A stretch of 64,000 nucleotides of DNA. Source: Savitreella phatthalungensis. Its lineage: Eukaryota. Both the position numbers and the translations under genes were made by a program. This document shows positions 30,911 to 42,103 of the stretch, piece by piece. A model generated the notes under the pieces. It saw nothing but the letters and a program-made list of their open reading frames with translations, made no database searches and was not told the DNA's origin. The DNA is taken from assembly GCA_051599415.1 (NCBI GenBank), contig AP039694.1:248001-312000 (forward strand). The letters are read 5' to 3'. The first letter of the stretch is position 1. The number at the start of each line of letters is the position of its first letter.

Positions 30911-32395
30911 TCATGATTGCTGTCGCCAGTGTGTGGCGATGAGGAATGCGAGTTCGATGGACTGCTCGTAGTTAAGCCTTGGGTCGCAGAATGTCTGGTA
31001 TTTGTGTCGATCGATGCCCTGAGCGATGACTGATCCTCGGCCGCCCATACACTCTGTCACTGCCTCTCCTGTCATCTCGAAGTGGACGCCTGTGAGGAGG
31101 CTGTTGTGTTGAGCGTGGATGTCCAGGTTGGCGGTCAGCTCGAGCAGGATGTCGTCAAACAGGCGAGTCTTCAGCTCAGGGTGGGTCGTGGACGATCGCG
31201 TGTTGCCGTGCATCGGGTCACACGCCCACACGACCTTGTGCGCTGTGCCCTGGACCGCCTGGATGTGCGCAGGCAGGAGGTCCTGAACCCGAGCTGCACC
31301 GTACCGCGCAATCAGCGTCACCTTGCCTGGCCTGTACCGCTCCCCTGAACCCGCCACTGGCAGAGGATCTAAGATGTCTAGTGCCCTCACCAATTCCGCA
31401 GCCGTCATCGATGGACCCACCTTCAAGCCGATCGGATTTTTGATGCCGCGGAAGTACTCGATGTGTGCACCGTCAAGCTGGCGCGTCCGGTCGCCTACCC
31501 ATAGGAAGTGTGCGCCTAGGTTGTAGTGTCCCTGCTCGAAGACGGTCGAGTTGGCCAAGCTGCCTGGGGCGCTGAGAAAGCCCGAGGACGACATGCCCTG
31601 AGTGCTGGCTACCCCGTTCGTGTCCCCACCACGATGCCGAGATCCGAGTGGCTTCGGACCCTCCCTCGTCAGCGTCTCCTCGTATTCCAGCATCAAGCCC
31701 TCGTGTGAGGTGAAGATATCTGCGGATCGAAGGGATGCGTCTCTATCAGCGCCGATGGTCTGCATGAATGATAGGCAGTCGAGCAGACGGCCTGTGATTT
31801 CGGAGTATCGCTGCTTTGCGTGGGATGAGCGAACCCAGTCGAGGTTCCATGCCTCTGGGTTGTGTAGATCTGCGAAGCCCGAGGTCAAGAGCGAGCGAAG
31901 GTAGTTAAGCGTAGCGGCAGAGTGGAAGTAGGCGCTGACGAGTCTGGCGGGATCAGGTGTCCGGTCGGTCGGCTCGTGGCCATTCACATTGTGTCCGCGG
32001 AACGATGGTATCGTCTGGCCCTGGTATTCTTCTGTAGGGGAGGAACGAGGTTTTGCATACTGTCCGGCCATTCGAGCGATGCGGACCACGGGCACACGCG
32101 CACCCCAAAGCAGGATCAGGGACATCTGGAGGAGTACTTTGACTTTGGCCTCGATCGGTAGCGCGCCACAGTCGTCAAAGGACTCTGCACAGTCACCTCC
32201 TTGGAGCAAGAATGCTTTACCGAGAGCGACATCTTCGAGCTGGTCTCTTAATCTGTCGATCTCTGCAGCAGTGACAAGCGGTGGGAGTGCACTGAGCTTC
32301 GTCAGGGCTGATTTGAGTGCGTCTGCATCCTGGTAGATCACGTCCTGTTTGACAGGGAAGGCGCGCCAAGAAGCCGGCGACCAGGACGACGACAT
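30911..32395 (-). CDS. Class II DAHP synthase (phospho-2-dehydro-3-deoxyheptonate aldolase)
   Basis: WSPASWR, LLQGGDCAESF, RMAGQYAKPRS, TSHEGL, LWVGDRTRQLDGAH, CDPMHGNT, CDPRLN. Start MSSSWS at 32395. Confidence 0.93.
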   Translation of the reverse strand: MSSSWSPASWRAFPVKQDVIYQDADALKSALTKLSALPPLVTAAEIDRLRDQLEDVALGKAFLLQGGDCAESFDDCGALPIEAKVKVLLQMSLILLWGARVPVVRIARMAGQYAKPRSSPTEEYQGQTIPSFRGHNVNGHEPTDRTPDPARLVSAYFHSAATLNYLRSLLTSGFADLHNPEAWNLDWVRSSHAKQRYSEITGRLLDCLSFMQTIGADRDASLRSADIFTSHEGLMLEYEETLTREGPKPLGSRHRGGDTNGVASTQGMSSSGFLSAPGSLANSTVFEQGHYNLGAHFLWVGDRTRQLDGAHIEYFRGIKNPIGLKVGPSMTAAELVRALDILDPLPVAGSGERYRPGKVTLIARYGAARVQDLLPAHIQAVQGTAHKVVWACDPMHGNTRSSTTHPELKTRLFDDILLELTANLDIHAQHNSLLTGVHFEMTGEAVTECMGGRGSVIAQGIDRHKYQTFCDPRLNYEQSIELAFLIATHWRQQS

Positions 32396-33481
32396 ATAGG
32401 GCGCCTGAGAAAGTGTTAAATCAGTAAATGGAAGAGCTAGCCCGTGTAGAAGTATTGTGGAATGGCTACCGGGTAACTCGCTCTTTGTGCCCTGTATCCT
32501 GTATCTTGACAGAGAGACTGAACAGTGACTGATCGACACGTGCATATCTCATCCCACGTGCTGAATTCTGATCTTTGCACGTGGTCACAAGCACGTGTAA
32601 ACCCACAGACCATCGACCACTATGTACAGCTGCATGCATGGCACAATGATCTCCTGCCGAATTTAGGAGAGTTGATCGGAAGAAACAGGAATCTTTTACT
32701 GCATGATGATTTCAAAGTAACTCTATTGCTTTTCATCTGATTTCATTTACATTTTTTGAATCTATTGAAGAATACGTCCGTAGTAGAACAGAATATCTTG
32801 CATAATGACGTTACAATTTACAGTTACTGACTGCAGTAATAGCCAGTCACCGATGCAGTAGTGTGTGTGACACAGATACTCGGAGCAACACTAACACCCA
32901 CCATCACAATTCAATCCAGTTACCGGAACTCTCCTAACCTCTCCTCGACTGACCTCTCTCCTCCCGTAACCTCTCCTATCCTGAACCTCTCGTCTACTGA
33001 CTTCCACTATCCTGTCCCTGCTCTCGCCCTTCACTGACTTCCCCAGACTCGATCGACAACGCCATTGCCATTCGGGATCAGGATCCTCTCATCCTCTCAT
33101 CCTCCATCCACCTTCCATCCACACCAATCTACACCAATCGACGGCAATCTACACTCAATCTACGCTAATCCCACTCAGACAGTCCAGAGAGACCCAAGGA
33201 AGGTCTGAGTCCTGTCAGTCTACAGCTACCAGAGCCTATAGACCCACCTAAACCCTTGAGTTCCAACCTGCCCTTGTTCCACAGGTGATTGTAGTCTTCC
33301 GAGTCTCACCAACCCGTGAATCCCTCCCTCCAGAGCTCGCTTACTTGTGGATCTACCAATCCAACCTCAGTTTCTCACTGGCCCGGCGCTTCTTCAACCT
33401 CTTCCTCTACTACGACGGTGTCAAACTTCCTCTTGCCGAGTCACCACGACACACACCTTGATTCGCCAGACATCACACATC

Positions 33482-34972
33482 ATGTTCAGGCTAGCTTCAA
33501 GACAGACAGTCCTACCCATCAAAGCATCTCCCTCACTTCGTTCATTCTCATCTTCCACCATGACTCTCGCAGGTAAGGCTGGAAGCTTCCGTCAGGAGCG
33601 TGACACCTTTGGTGATCTCCAGGTTCCTGCAGACCGTTACTGGGGTGCACAGACCCAGCGGTCCCTCATGAACTTCGACATCGGAGGTGAGACTGAACGT
33701 CTGCCACCACCGCTCATCAAGGCATTCGGTGTGCTCAAGCGCGCAGCAGCCACCGTCAACATGGAGTACGGCCTCGACCCGAAGATCGGGAAGGCGATCC
33801 AGCAGGCTGCAGATGAGGTCATCTCTGGTGACCTGCTCTCCCACTTCCCACTTGTCGTCTTCCAGACAGGCTCCGGCACGCAATCCAACATGAACTCCAA
33901 CGAGGTCATCTCCAACCGTGCGATCGAGATCCTCGGTGGTGAGCTCGGCAGCAAGAAGCCGGTTCACCCGAACGACCACGTCAACATGTCACAGTCCTCC
34001 AACGACACCTTCCCAACGGCCATGCACATCGCCGCTGTCGTCGAGATCAACAACACTCTCATCCCCGCCATCAAAGAGCTCCGTGACGCGATGCAGAAGA
34101 AGTCCGACGAGTTCTCGCACATCATCAAGATTGGACGTACCCATCTCCAGGACGCCACGCCACTCACACTCGGACAGGAATTCTCTGGCTACGTTGCGCA
34201 GCTCACTTACGGTATCGAGCGCATCGAGGCAACAATCCCGCGTCTGTCACGTCTGGCACAGGGCGGCACTGCCGTCGGCACAGGTCTCAACACCCGCCAA
34301 GGATTCGATGTCAGGATTGCAGAGGAAGTTTCCAAGACGACCGGTCTCAAGTTCGAGACTGCACCGAACAAATTTGAGGCGCTCGCTTCCCATGACGCCA
34401 TCGTCGAGGCTTCCGGTGCTCTGAACACGGTCGCATGCTCGCTGATGAAGATTGCAAACGACATTCGATACCTGGGTTCTGGCCCACGTTGCGGTCTCGG
34501 CGAGCTCTCTCTGCCTGAAAACGAGCCTGGATCGTCAATCATGCCGGGCAAGGTCAACCCGACGCAGTGCGAGGCAATGACGATGCTCTGCGCTCAAGTG
34601 ATGGGCAACAATACGACCATCTCTGTCGGTGGATCGATGGGTCAGTTCGAGCTGAACGTGTTCAAGCCAGTGATGATAAAAAACCTGCTCCAGAGCATCC
34701 GTCTCCTTGCCGATGGTTCTCGCTCGTTCACGAAGAACTGCGTGGTCGGAATTCAGGCTAACGAGGAGCGTATCTCCAAGATCATGAACGAGTCACTCAT
34801 GCTCGTCACAGCACTCAACCCGCACATTGGCTACGACAACGCAGCCAAGATTGCCAAGACTGCACACAAGAACGGCACAACCTTGCTGGACGAGTTCGTC
34901 AAGCTCGGCTTTGGCGACCAGGCCAAGTTCGACGAGTGGATTAAGCCAGAGGAGATGCTCGGCCCAAAGTAA
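33482..34972 (+). CDS. FUM1: Fumarate hydratase class II with mitochondrial presequence
   Basis: [47 protein letters not shown] signature. ATG at 33482 (MFRLASRQ). Confidence 0.96.
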   Translation: MFRLASRQTVLPIKASPSLRSFSSSTMTLAGKAGSFRQERDTFGDLQVPADRYWGAQTQRSLMNFDIGGETERLPPPLIKAFGVLKRAAATVNMEYGLDPKIGKAIQQAADEVISGDLLSHFPLVVFQTGSGTQSNMNSNEVISNRAIEILGGELGSKKPVHPNDHVNMSQSSNDTFPTAMHIAAVVEINNTLIPAIKELRDAMQKKSDEFSHIIKIGRTHLQDATPLTLGQEFSGYVAQLTYGIERIEATIPRLSRLAQGGTAVGTGLNTRQGFDVRIAEEVSKTTGLKFETAPNKFEALASHDAIVEASGALNTVACSLMKIANDIRYLGSGPRCGLGELSLPENEPGSSIMPGKVNPTQCEAMTMLCAQVMGNNTTISVGGSMGQFELNVFKPVMIKNLLQSIRLLADGSRSFTKNCVVGIQANEERISKIMNESLMLVTALNPHIGYDNAAKIAKTAHKNGTTLLDEFVKLGFGDQAKFDEWIKPEEMLGPK

Positions 34973-35266
34973 CCTGCCCTGCCTCCCGTCACCCTCTGCT
35001 GCTCATGCCGCACAAACACACCCAAAACTAGAATAGAAGGAGAGACAGAGATGAAGAGAAGGAGAGAGAGAGGGAATAATAGCATTGGCCGTAAGTGGCC
35101 TCGAAAGATACAAATCTTCCAGGAAAGCAAATGTGTGGATGATCAAATTAAGATACATTTTGACGTTGTCGATGCATGAGTAAAGTCGAGGCTCCACGAA
35201 CACACGCTAATTGGTATCATCATCAGAAATGCACCATACACCTTCCAGTGTCTTTCCACTTCTCAC

Positions 35267-35947
35267 ATGATGATCCCGCGGCCGCAGTTCTGCCAACGGC
35301 TAGCTCTTCTACGGCAGCCCTTGTGCCGCACCTCTGTGCTCGCTTCGTGTCGGCGGTACGCTGTGTCGCTGAAAGGTCCACGGAACGAGCAGATCTCTGC
35401 GCCACTTGTGAAGCTGCTGGACCGGGATGGCAAGTACGTTGGCGACCGATCACTCTCAGAGATCCTAGCGACGCTCGACCGAGACGTAGGCGAGGTCCTC
35501 ATCAACCTCACTCCAGCATCGACCTTACCCACGTGCCGACTCTTTACGGCAGCACAGCTCAAGGAAGAACAAGCACGACAGTACCACCACAAGCGCGAGC
35601 GCAAGAAATCAGCAGCCCAATCCAATACCATCACCACACACACCCCGCAGACACTCAAGGAGTTGACGATCGGCTGGGCTGTGACGATGCACGATCTATC
35701 GCACAAGCTTGCACCTGGGCTGGAGGCGTTGCGGCGTGGTGGGCGGGTGGATGTGCTTGTAGGGTTGCGTCGTAAGCGTGGAGCGAAACCTGTGGCTGAA
35801 GCGGTCAAGCAATCACTCCTAGACCACATCACCCAAACCTGTGGAGCACTTGGCAAAGAGTGGAAACCAAGAGAAGGAGATCTAAGGCAAGGCGTCACGC
35901 TACACTACCAAGGTGATCGCCCGACAATCGAGACAAGTGAGGGGTAA
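35267..35947 (+). CDS. Mitochondrial translation initiation factor IF-3-like
   Basis: Arg-rich presequence; PRNEQI...VKLLDRDG (IF3-N), KELTIGWAVTMHDLSHKL (IF3-C). Confidence 0.78.
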   Translation: MMIPRPQFCQRLALLRQPLCRTSVLASCRRYAVSLKGPRNEQISAPLVKLLDRDGKYVGDRSLSEILATLDRDVGEVLINLTPASTLPTCRLFTAAQLKEEQARQYHHKRERKKSAAQSNTITTHTPQTLKELTIGWAVTMHDLSHKLAPGLEALRRGGRVDVLVGLRRKRGAKPVAEAVKQSLLDHITQTCGALGKEWKPREGDLRQGVTLHYQGDRPTIETSEG

Positions 35948-36049
35948 TTGGGGTGAGAGGATGAGATATGTAATGTGATATGATATCAAGGCTGGTGTAC
36001 TTCCCCTCTGACACTCGTACAGTCACTGATTTTGTAAAAAAAGACCGGG

Positions 36050-36550
36050 TGAGCTCTTAATGGAGAAGCCCTGTGAAAAGGGGTAGAAGAATCCTACCCA
36101 CAAGAAACAGGTTGACGTCTTGCCAAGTAAAATTGTCTTGCACGCTGAATAACCGACCAAAACCGATAGAGCGCGACCGGAGAGGTGTCGAGAATCGACG
36201 GGGCCTCTAAAACCAGGTCATTTCAGTTGGCAGTACTGTCGGTGGGCACATTCTCAACCCAACTCATACACGCATATACACATTGCTCACACATACACAC
36301 GCACCTGTGGGTTTGGTGGGCGTCGGCCTGAGCATTGACCCGATTGGTAGACCATTGGAGGTGTGGAGACAATGAGAACCAAAGGCAATGCTTCCGACTG
36401 ACGCCAAAGAAGACCACTCGTTAGATCTTCGTTCACTTCTGTTGGTCTGATTTTAAGTGTGTGTATGGGGGAGTGGGTGTATGTGTGTAGAGCGGGTGGG
36501 TTTGTGAAGATGTTGTGTTGGTGGTTCGAGTGAAAAAGTACAGACAAAGC
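36050..36550 (+). ncRNA. Candidate structured non-coding RNA, family unassigned
   Basis: Nested long complementary stems with G-U wobbles on the + strand and no credible ORF (details in findings). Boundaries and strand are uncertain. Confidence 0.4.
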
Positions 36551-37081
36551 AAGTAGGTGCCTGTGTTACCGGTAGATGCACGTGTTGGAGGAATTCCTCA
36601 TCATATATTCAATTGCATACATATATGGCTGTCTAAAGTTAGATACAGTATATGGCTGTCCTAATGATCGATTTAATCTACCTCTAATGCCCATCTATTG
36701 AGGAACTCCTGTGTCCCTTGGGCCAAGAGTCTGTCTGGATTTTCACGTGAGTGCTTCCAGCCCGATCCAGCTTTATGCAATCAAATTTGGATTCTCAAAT
36801 GGCCGTTGTGTGGCGCCACCACCTGCTTGACAGAAATTGGGTTGTATGAACTCTGAAGACTGATGAGGGCTAAATATTCCAACAAAGAGAAACAATCTCA
36901 ATCAATTTTGATCAATTTCAAATTCCACTCTCTTTCTCTTGATCTTTCTCTTTATACCAAATAAGTTTGCTCTCTCCCAAATTAGGCTTCATCATTAAAT
37001 CAGGATAATCTATTCATGCAGCTGTCTACACGCCTGTAATCCACCCCCCAATCATTCCACTCACTACACTACAGTCTCTCG

Positions 37082-37120
37082 CTACACGCTCTCACTACAC
37101 GCTCTCACTACACGCTCTCA
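37082..37120. repeat. Perfect tandem repeat (CTACACGCTCTCA)x3 upstream of ERG10
   Basis: Three exact 13-bp units at 37082, 37095 and 37108. Confidence 0.9.
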
Positions 37121-37232
37121 CTCATCCTTCCATCATTCACCTACCGGACAACATTCAAAGACAAGACCCATCTGGTCATCTACTTCCTCTTGGTGCCTCA
37201 TCAGTTTTTGCACTTTCCTTGATTCTATCAAT

Positions 37233-38506
<1,274 letters not shown>

Positions 38507-38670
38507 GCTACACTCATGGACTGCCGCATCTCAAAAAGACTTTTGCATATTCACCAATTTTCTTCATAATTGCTATCTTACATTACCTACGGGAGACTAT
38601 GTGCAGATCCGTGCGATCCTTGCCATTTCCACTGTACTATCAATGATGTCCTGCTGTCCTGCTGTAATTT

Positions 38671-39264
38671 TCACTTGCTCTTGCGAGCTAACCATGCTTT
38701 GTGCTCTGCTGTGAGGTTCGTCTCTGTGTCCTTCATCCTCAGCAGGTTCGAGATCGGATTCCTCGTGATCAGCGGCCACAGAGGCTCAACCGCCCTCCTC
38801 GCCACCGTCGCCCAGACCACACCAAACACCACACCGACAACAACCCCAACGATCACCTGCTCGACCGAGTGGTACGCGAGAAACACCCTCGATCCAGCCA
38901 CCGCAACAGCGAGCACGACAGCCGGCACCTTCTCGAGCGGGTGTGCTGTAAGGACCATATAGGCTGCGAAGTATCCCATGAATTGTGCGTGTGAAGACGG
39001 CATACCGTACCCGTCGAAATTTCGCGTCTGCGGTCTCGGCTGCCTGATCGCCTTCTTGAGCAGATCGTTCAACCCTTCGCACGCCAGCTGCCCAGCCAGC
39101 ATCCATACGCTATCCCACTGACGGCGCGAGTACACCACACCACCGTACCACACCAGCATCGCCTGAGGCACCAGCGCCAGCACAGCGCAACCGTATCCAA
39201 CCAACCCACTCTCAACAGGGTACAACACGTGCGTCAGCCCAAACGCCCGAAGTTCCTCAGCCAT
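38671..39264 (-). CDS. CAX4: Dolichyl pyrophosphate phosphatase (PAP2 family)
   Basis: Start MAEELRAFGLTHVLY; PAP2 motifs KKAIRQPRP, YGMPSSHAQ, SRVFLAYHS. Confidence 0.88.
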   Translation of the reverse strand: MAEELRAFGLTHVLYPVESGLVGYGCAVLALVPQAMLVWYGGVVYSRRQWDSVWMLAGQLACEGLNDLLKKAIRQPRPQTRNFDGYGMPSSHAQFMGYFAAYMVLTAHPLEKVPAVVLAVAVAGSRVFLAYHSVEQVIVGVVVGVVFGVVWATVARRAVEPLWPLITRNPISNLLRMKDTETNLTAEHKAWLARKSK

Positions 39265-39415
39265 CCGCTCGTGTCCGGGGGTCTTGCGAAGGACGGGATG
39301 GTGACAGAGGAGGTGGATGATTTTGTGGAGCCTTGTAAGTAGAACACCGTAATTTTTTAAACCCATAGCTTCCAGCGGCCATTTAACGGTGTCTGCGTTA
39401 CAGCAGTACAGGCGT

Positions 39416-39844
39416 ATGGCGACAGCACCAGCAACACAACCGGACCTGCAGGCCATCAGGGCACGCCTGCATGCGTCCTCGGAGAAATTCACGGCGATCC
39501 AGAGAGAAGTGAGCGAGCTGGTGTCCCGGCGGAAGGGGGTAGAGGCGCAGATTGGTGAAAACAGCGGTGTGCGTGCGGAGCTGGCCAAGGTGGAGGAGGT
39601 GGTGGACGATGAAGGGAATGCGCTGCCGGCGGTGTACAAGCTGACGGGGCCTGTGCTGCTGGCACAGGAGACAGGCGAGGCGGCATCGACCGTCGGAAGA
39701 CGACTTGAGATCCTGTCTGACGAGCGAGATCGACTAGAGAAGGCGATCGCAGCGGCTGCACAGAGCGCAGAAGCACTCAAAGGCGAGATCGTCTCTGCAC
39801 AACAAGAGCTCAACGCACTCGCATCCACACCACGGGTATCATGA
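39416..39844 (+). CDS. YKE2: Prefoldin beta subunit 6
   Basis: Coiled coil-hairpin-coiled coil: EAQIGENSGVRAEL...VYKLTGPVLL...EAASTVGRRLE. Confidence 0.85.
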   Translation: MATAPATQPDLQAIRARLHASSEKFTAIQREVSELVSRRKGVEAQIGENSGVRAELAKVEEVVDDEGNALPAVYKLTGPVLLAQETGEAASTVGRRLEILSDERDRLEKAIAAAAQSAEALKGEIVSAQQELNALASTPRVS

Positions 39845-39957
39845 ACAGCATCTTCCCCTCCACAAAACATGTCCATACACAAAAGCATCACTTAGATCTC
39901 ATGTATCTCTAACTTCATTCAATCTCATCTTAACTCATGTCGGCATGTCGGGAGGGG

Positions 39958-40776
39958 TCATACTCGCGCCTTCTTCGTCAGCTTGACGCCGAGGAGAGCA
40001 CCGCGCTCGCGTTTCCGGGGTGGGAGTACTGCAGGTGCGAATACCGGCGGAGCCGCTGATATGGTTGTTACTTGTTCCTCCTCCTCGCGATCATCCTGCT
40101 CATCCATATCAGCGAGTCGTCTTACCCTGCCTGTCTCAAACACCTTCCGCGCAGCGTCCAGCTCGTCGTCATCAGATGCCCCGGGTGGTTGCTCGTCGTC
40201 GTCAGCTTCGGCAGCACGTGCTTCAAGCCTTGCAGCGAGCGTGTGCGGATCGATCTTTGCCCTCTGTGCGTTTCGAGAGCGGAGGTTGTCCAGGGCGTCA
40301 GCGATATCCATCTCGCGCTTGGCGTCGAGTGTCTTTGCCTCGAGCTTCTGCATGGCGTCTGTCTCTAGCGCTGCCTTCTCCAACTCTGCCTCCTCGTCCG
40401 TCGCGTCGCCGTCACCATCCCCATCAGGCCGCCAGGGCTCGTAGTTCCGCGTCGCTCCCGACTCGGCAGTGTAGTCCGCATTCTTCGGATCGGTCTTGAA
40501 GGTGATGACTGCCGCACACCGCGTGCACCGGATGTGGAATCGGAAGATCCGAACGCCGTAGTACGTCTCAGGCGTGTCTTCTTTCTTCGCATTGAACTTC
40601 TTACCACGGTAGATGTACTCACCGCATGACAGACAACGCATCGAGTACGGCGCCATCAGCCGGATCGTCTGTATTCGAGGCTGCCCACGCGCGCTCGCCG
40701 GTTTCCGTACACGCTTGATAGTCGACGGGTCATAGTCAGGCGAGATGTACTTGTTGATCACCTTGCGCTCAGACAT
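39958..40776 (-). CDS. YJU2: Splicing factor Yju2/Cwf16
   Basis: MSERKVINKY, RLMAPYSMRCLSCGEYIYRGKKFNAKKE, RCTRC...FKTDPKNADY. Confidence 0.95.
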   Translation of the reverse strand: MSERKVINKYISPDYDPSTIKRVRKPASARGQPRIQTIRLMAPYSMRCLSCGEYIYRGKKFNAKKEDTPETYYGVRIFRFHIRCTRCAAVITFKTDPKNADYTAESGATRNYEPWRPDGDGDGDATDEEAELEKAALETDAMQKLEAKTLDAKREMDIADALDNLRSRNAQRAKIDPHTLAARLEARAAEADDDEQPPGASDDDELDAARKVFETGRVRRLADMDEQDDREEEEQVTTISAAPPVFAPAVLPPRKRERGALLGVKLTKKARV

Positions 40777-40982
40777 GCCTGGCCTTCTTATCGGCTGTCA
40801 GTAAGGTCTTCTTGGGTGGAGACTATGGGTGTGAGATAAATTTAGATCGAGTGTGGTTGTGACATGTGAATTCAAATTACGTACGGGTTCGTGGCGATGT
40901 AAAGCTGGATGCAGGAAGTGGAAGTGTAAGTGGTCATGCCTTAGTCTAGCGTGGGTGTTGTACGAGTATCTCGGCTGGCGAG

Positions 40983-41879
40983 TCAAGTGGATAGAAGTGG
41001 CTGAAGAGCAGAAGACTGGCCCCATGCCAAAGCGAACTCATCATAGGAAGTGGACGATGCAGCGCGGACTTTCCAAGCGCGAGCCAGTCGTTTCACGATT
41101 GACCCATCATCGTCTTCATCACCGAAATTTAGCAAATGTAAGCAGCAAGCAATCGCCAGATCGTCCTGGCCTGCATGATCAAGCAGACGCTGCGTCCATC
41201 GTACGACATCCTGTGTATTGCCGCGCTTTCGTGCGATTCCGACCAGCGCGTTGCAAGCGGAGAGCGGTACGTCATCGATGTGCTCCTGCAAGCGAATGTA
41301 CAGCTCGTTTTCTGGTAAATGAACAAGTCGAGCAAGGACATCGACCTGTGAAGCTTGTCTCTTACAGAGCTTGCACGTGCAAGTGAAGCCGTATGCTTCC
41401 AGCACCTGAGCTCGCCTAGCCCGCGTCATGTACTTCGAGCAGTATGCCATTGTCAGCTCTTCCCCTGCAGCGATGTCTCTATTGGCTCTGATGTAGATCC
41501 TGTTACCTCGAAATGTCCTCGAGCACGAGTGATCACAACTGTGGTTGAAGAAGCTCGGCAGGTGGTAGATAGCTGTGCCTTCATCGACGACGAGCTGGCA
41601 CTGTGGCAAGGCTGGGAGCTCTATCTCGCTCGCTTCGACAGTGATGGCATTGTACTGCTCAACCTGGAAGGCTGTATTGCCTTGCAAGTCAAAGTTGGAT
41701 GTTAGATGTTCTGCAGGTCCTTCATCAGCATCAGCAGGAGAGAAAGCGAGCGGTTCTGCGATTACAAGTAGTTCGCCTTCCGCAATCGAAGACTTGGCAA
41801 ACACGCCCCGACCGCCTAGTGAAGACTCTCCCACATGAATGGAGTCACAGATGAACAGATCCTGAGGACATTGGATCAT
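40983..41879 (-). CDS. SET-domain lysine methyltransferase (SMYD-like, no MYND finger)
   Basis: GRGVFA, PSFFNHSC, GEELTMAY, post-SET FTCTCKLC, helical/TPR-like C-terminus. Confidence 0.83.
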   Translation of the reverse strand: MIQCPQDLFICDSIHVGESSLGGRGVFAKSSIAEGELLVIAEPLAFSPADADEGPAEHLTSNFDLQGNTAFQVEQYNAITVEASEIELPALPQCQLVVDEGTAIYHLPSFFNHSCDHSCSRTFRGNRIYIRANRDIAAGEELTMAYCSKYMTRARRAQVLEAYGFTCTCKLCKRQASQVDVLARLVHLPENELYIRLQEHIDDVPLSACNALVGIARKRGNTQDVVRWTQRLLDHAGQDDLAIACCLHLLNFGDEDDDGSIVKRLARAWKVRAASSTSYDEFALAWGQSSALQPLLST

Positions 41880-42103
41880 GCTGACCTTCTAGCTGATCAT
41901 GCAATAATTTAGTTTCCAGCCAAACTAACCACTTCATGGCCTGTACCATTATAATTACCAAAACTTCGTCATCGAGAAACCACTACCAAGTGGATAGAAG
42001 TCAAGCTCATAGACGTGCACAGAGTCTCAAACCATCAGGCTATACAATCTGCTCAGAGTCGCTGATCTGAGAAGCGTATACACTGCTTGGCTACCATTCT
42101 CTC

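Noticed and set aside
38671..39891. 406-aa ORF suggesting a long N-terminal extension or fusion on CAX4
   Set aside because: The extension is the antisense of the prefoldin gene plus the promoter; recognisable homology starts at Met 39264.
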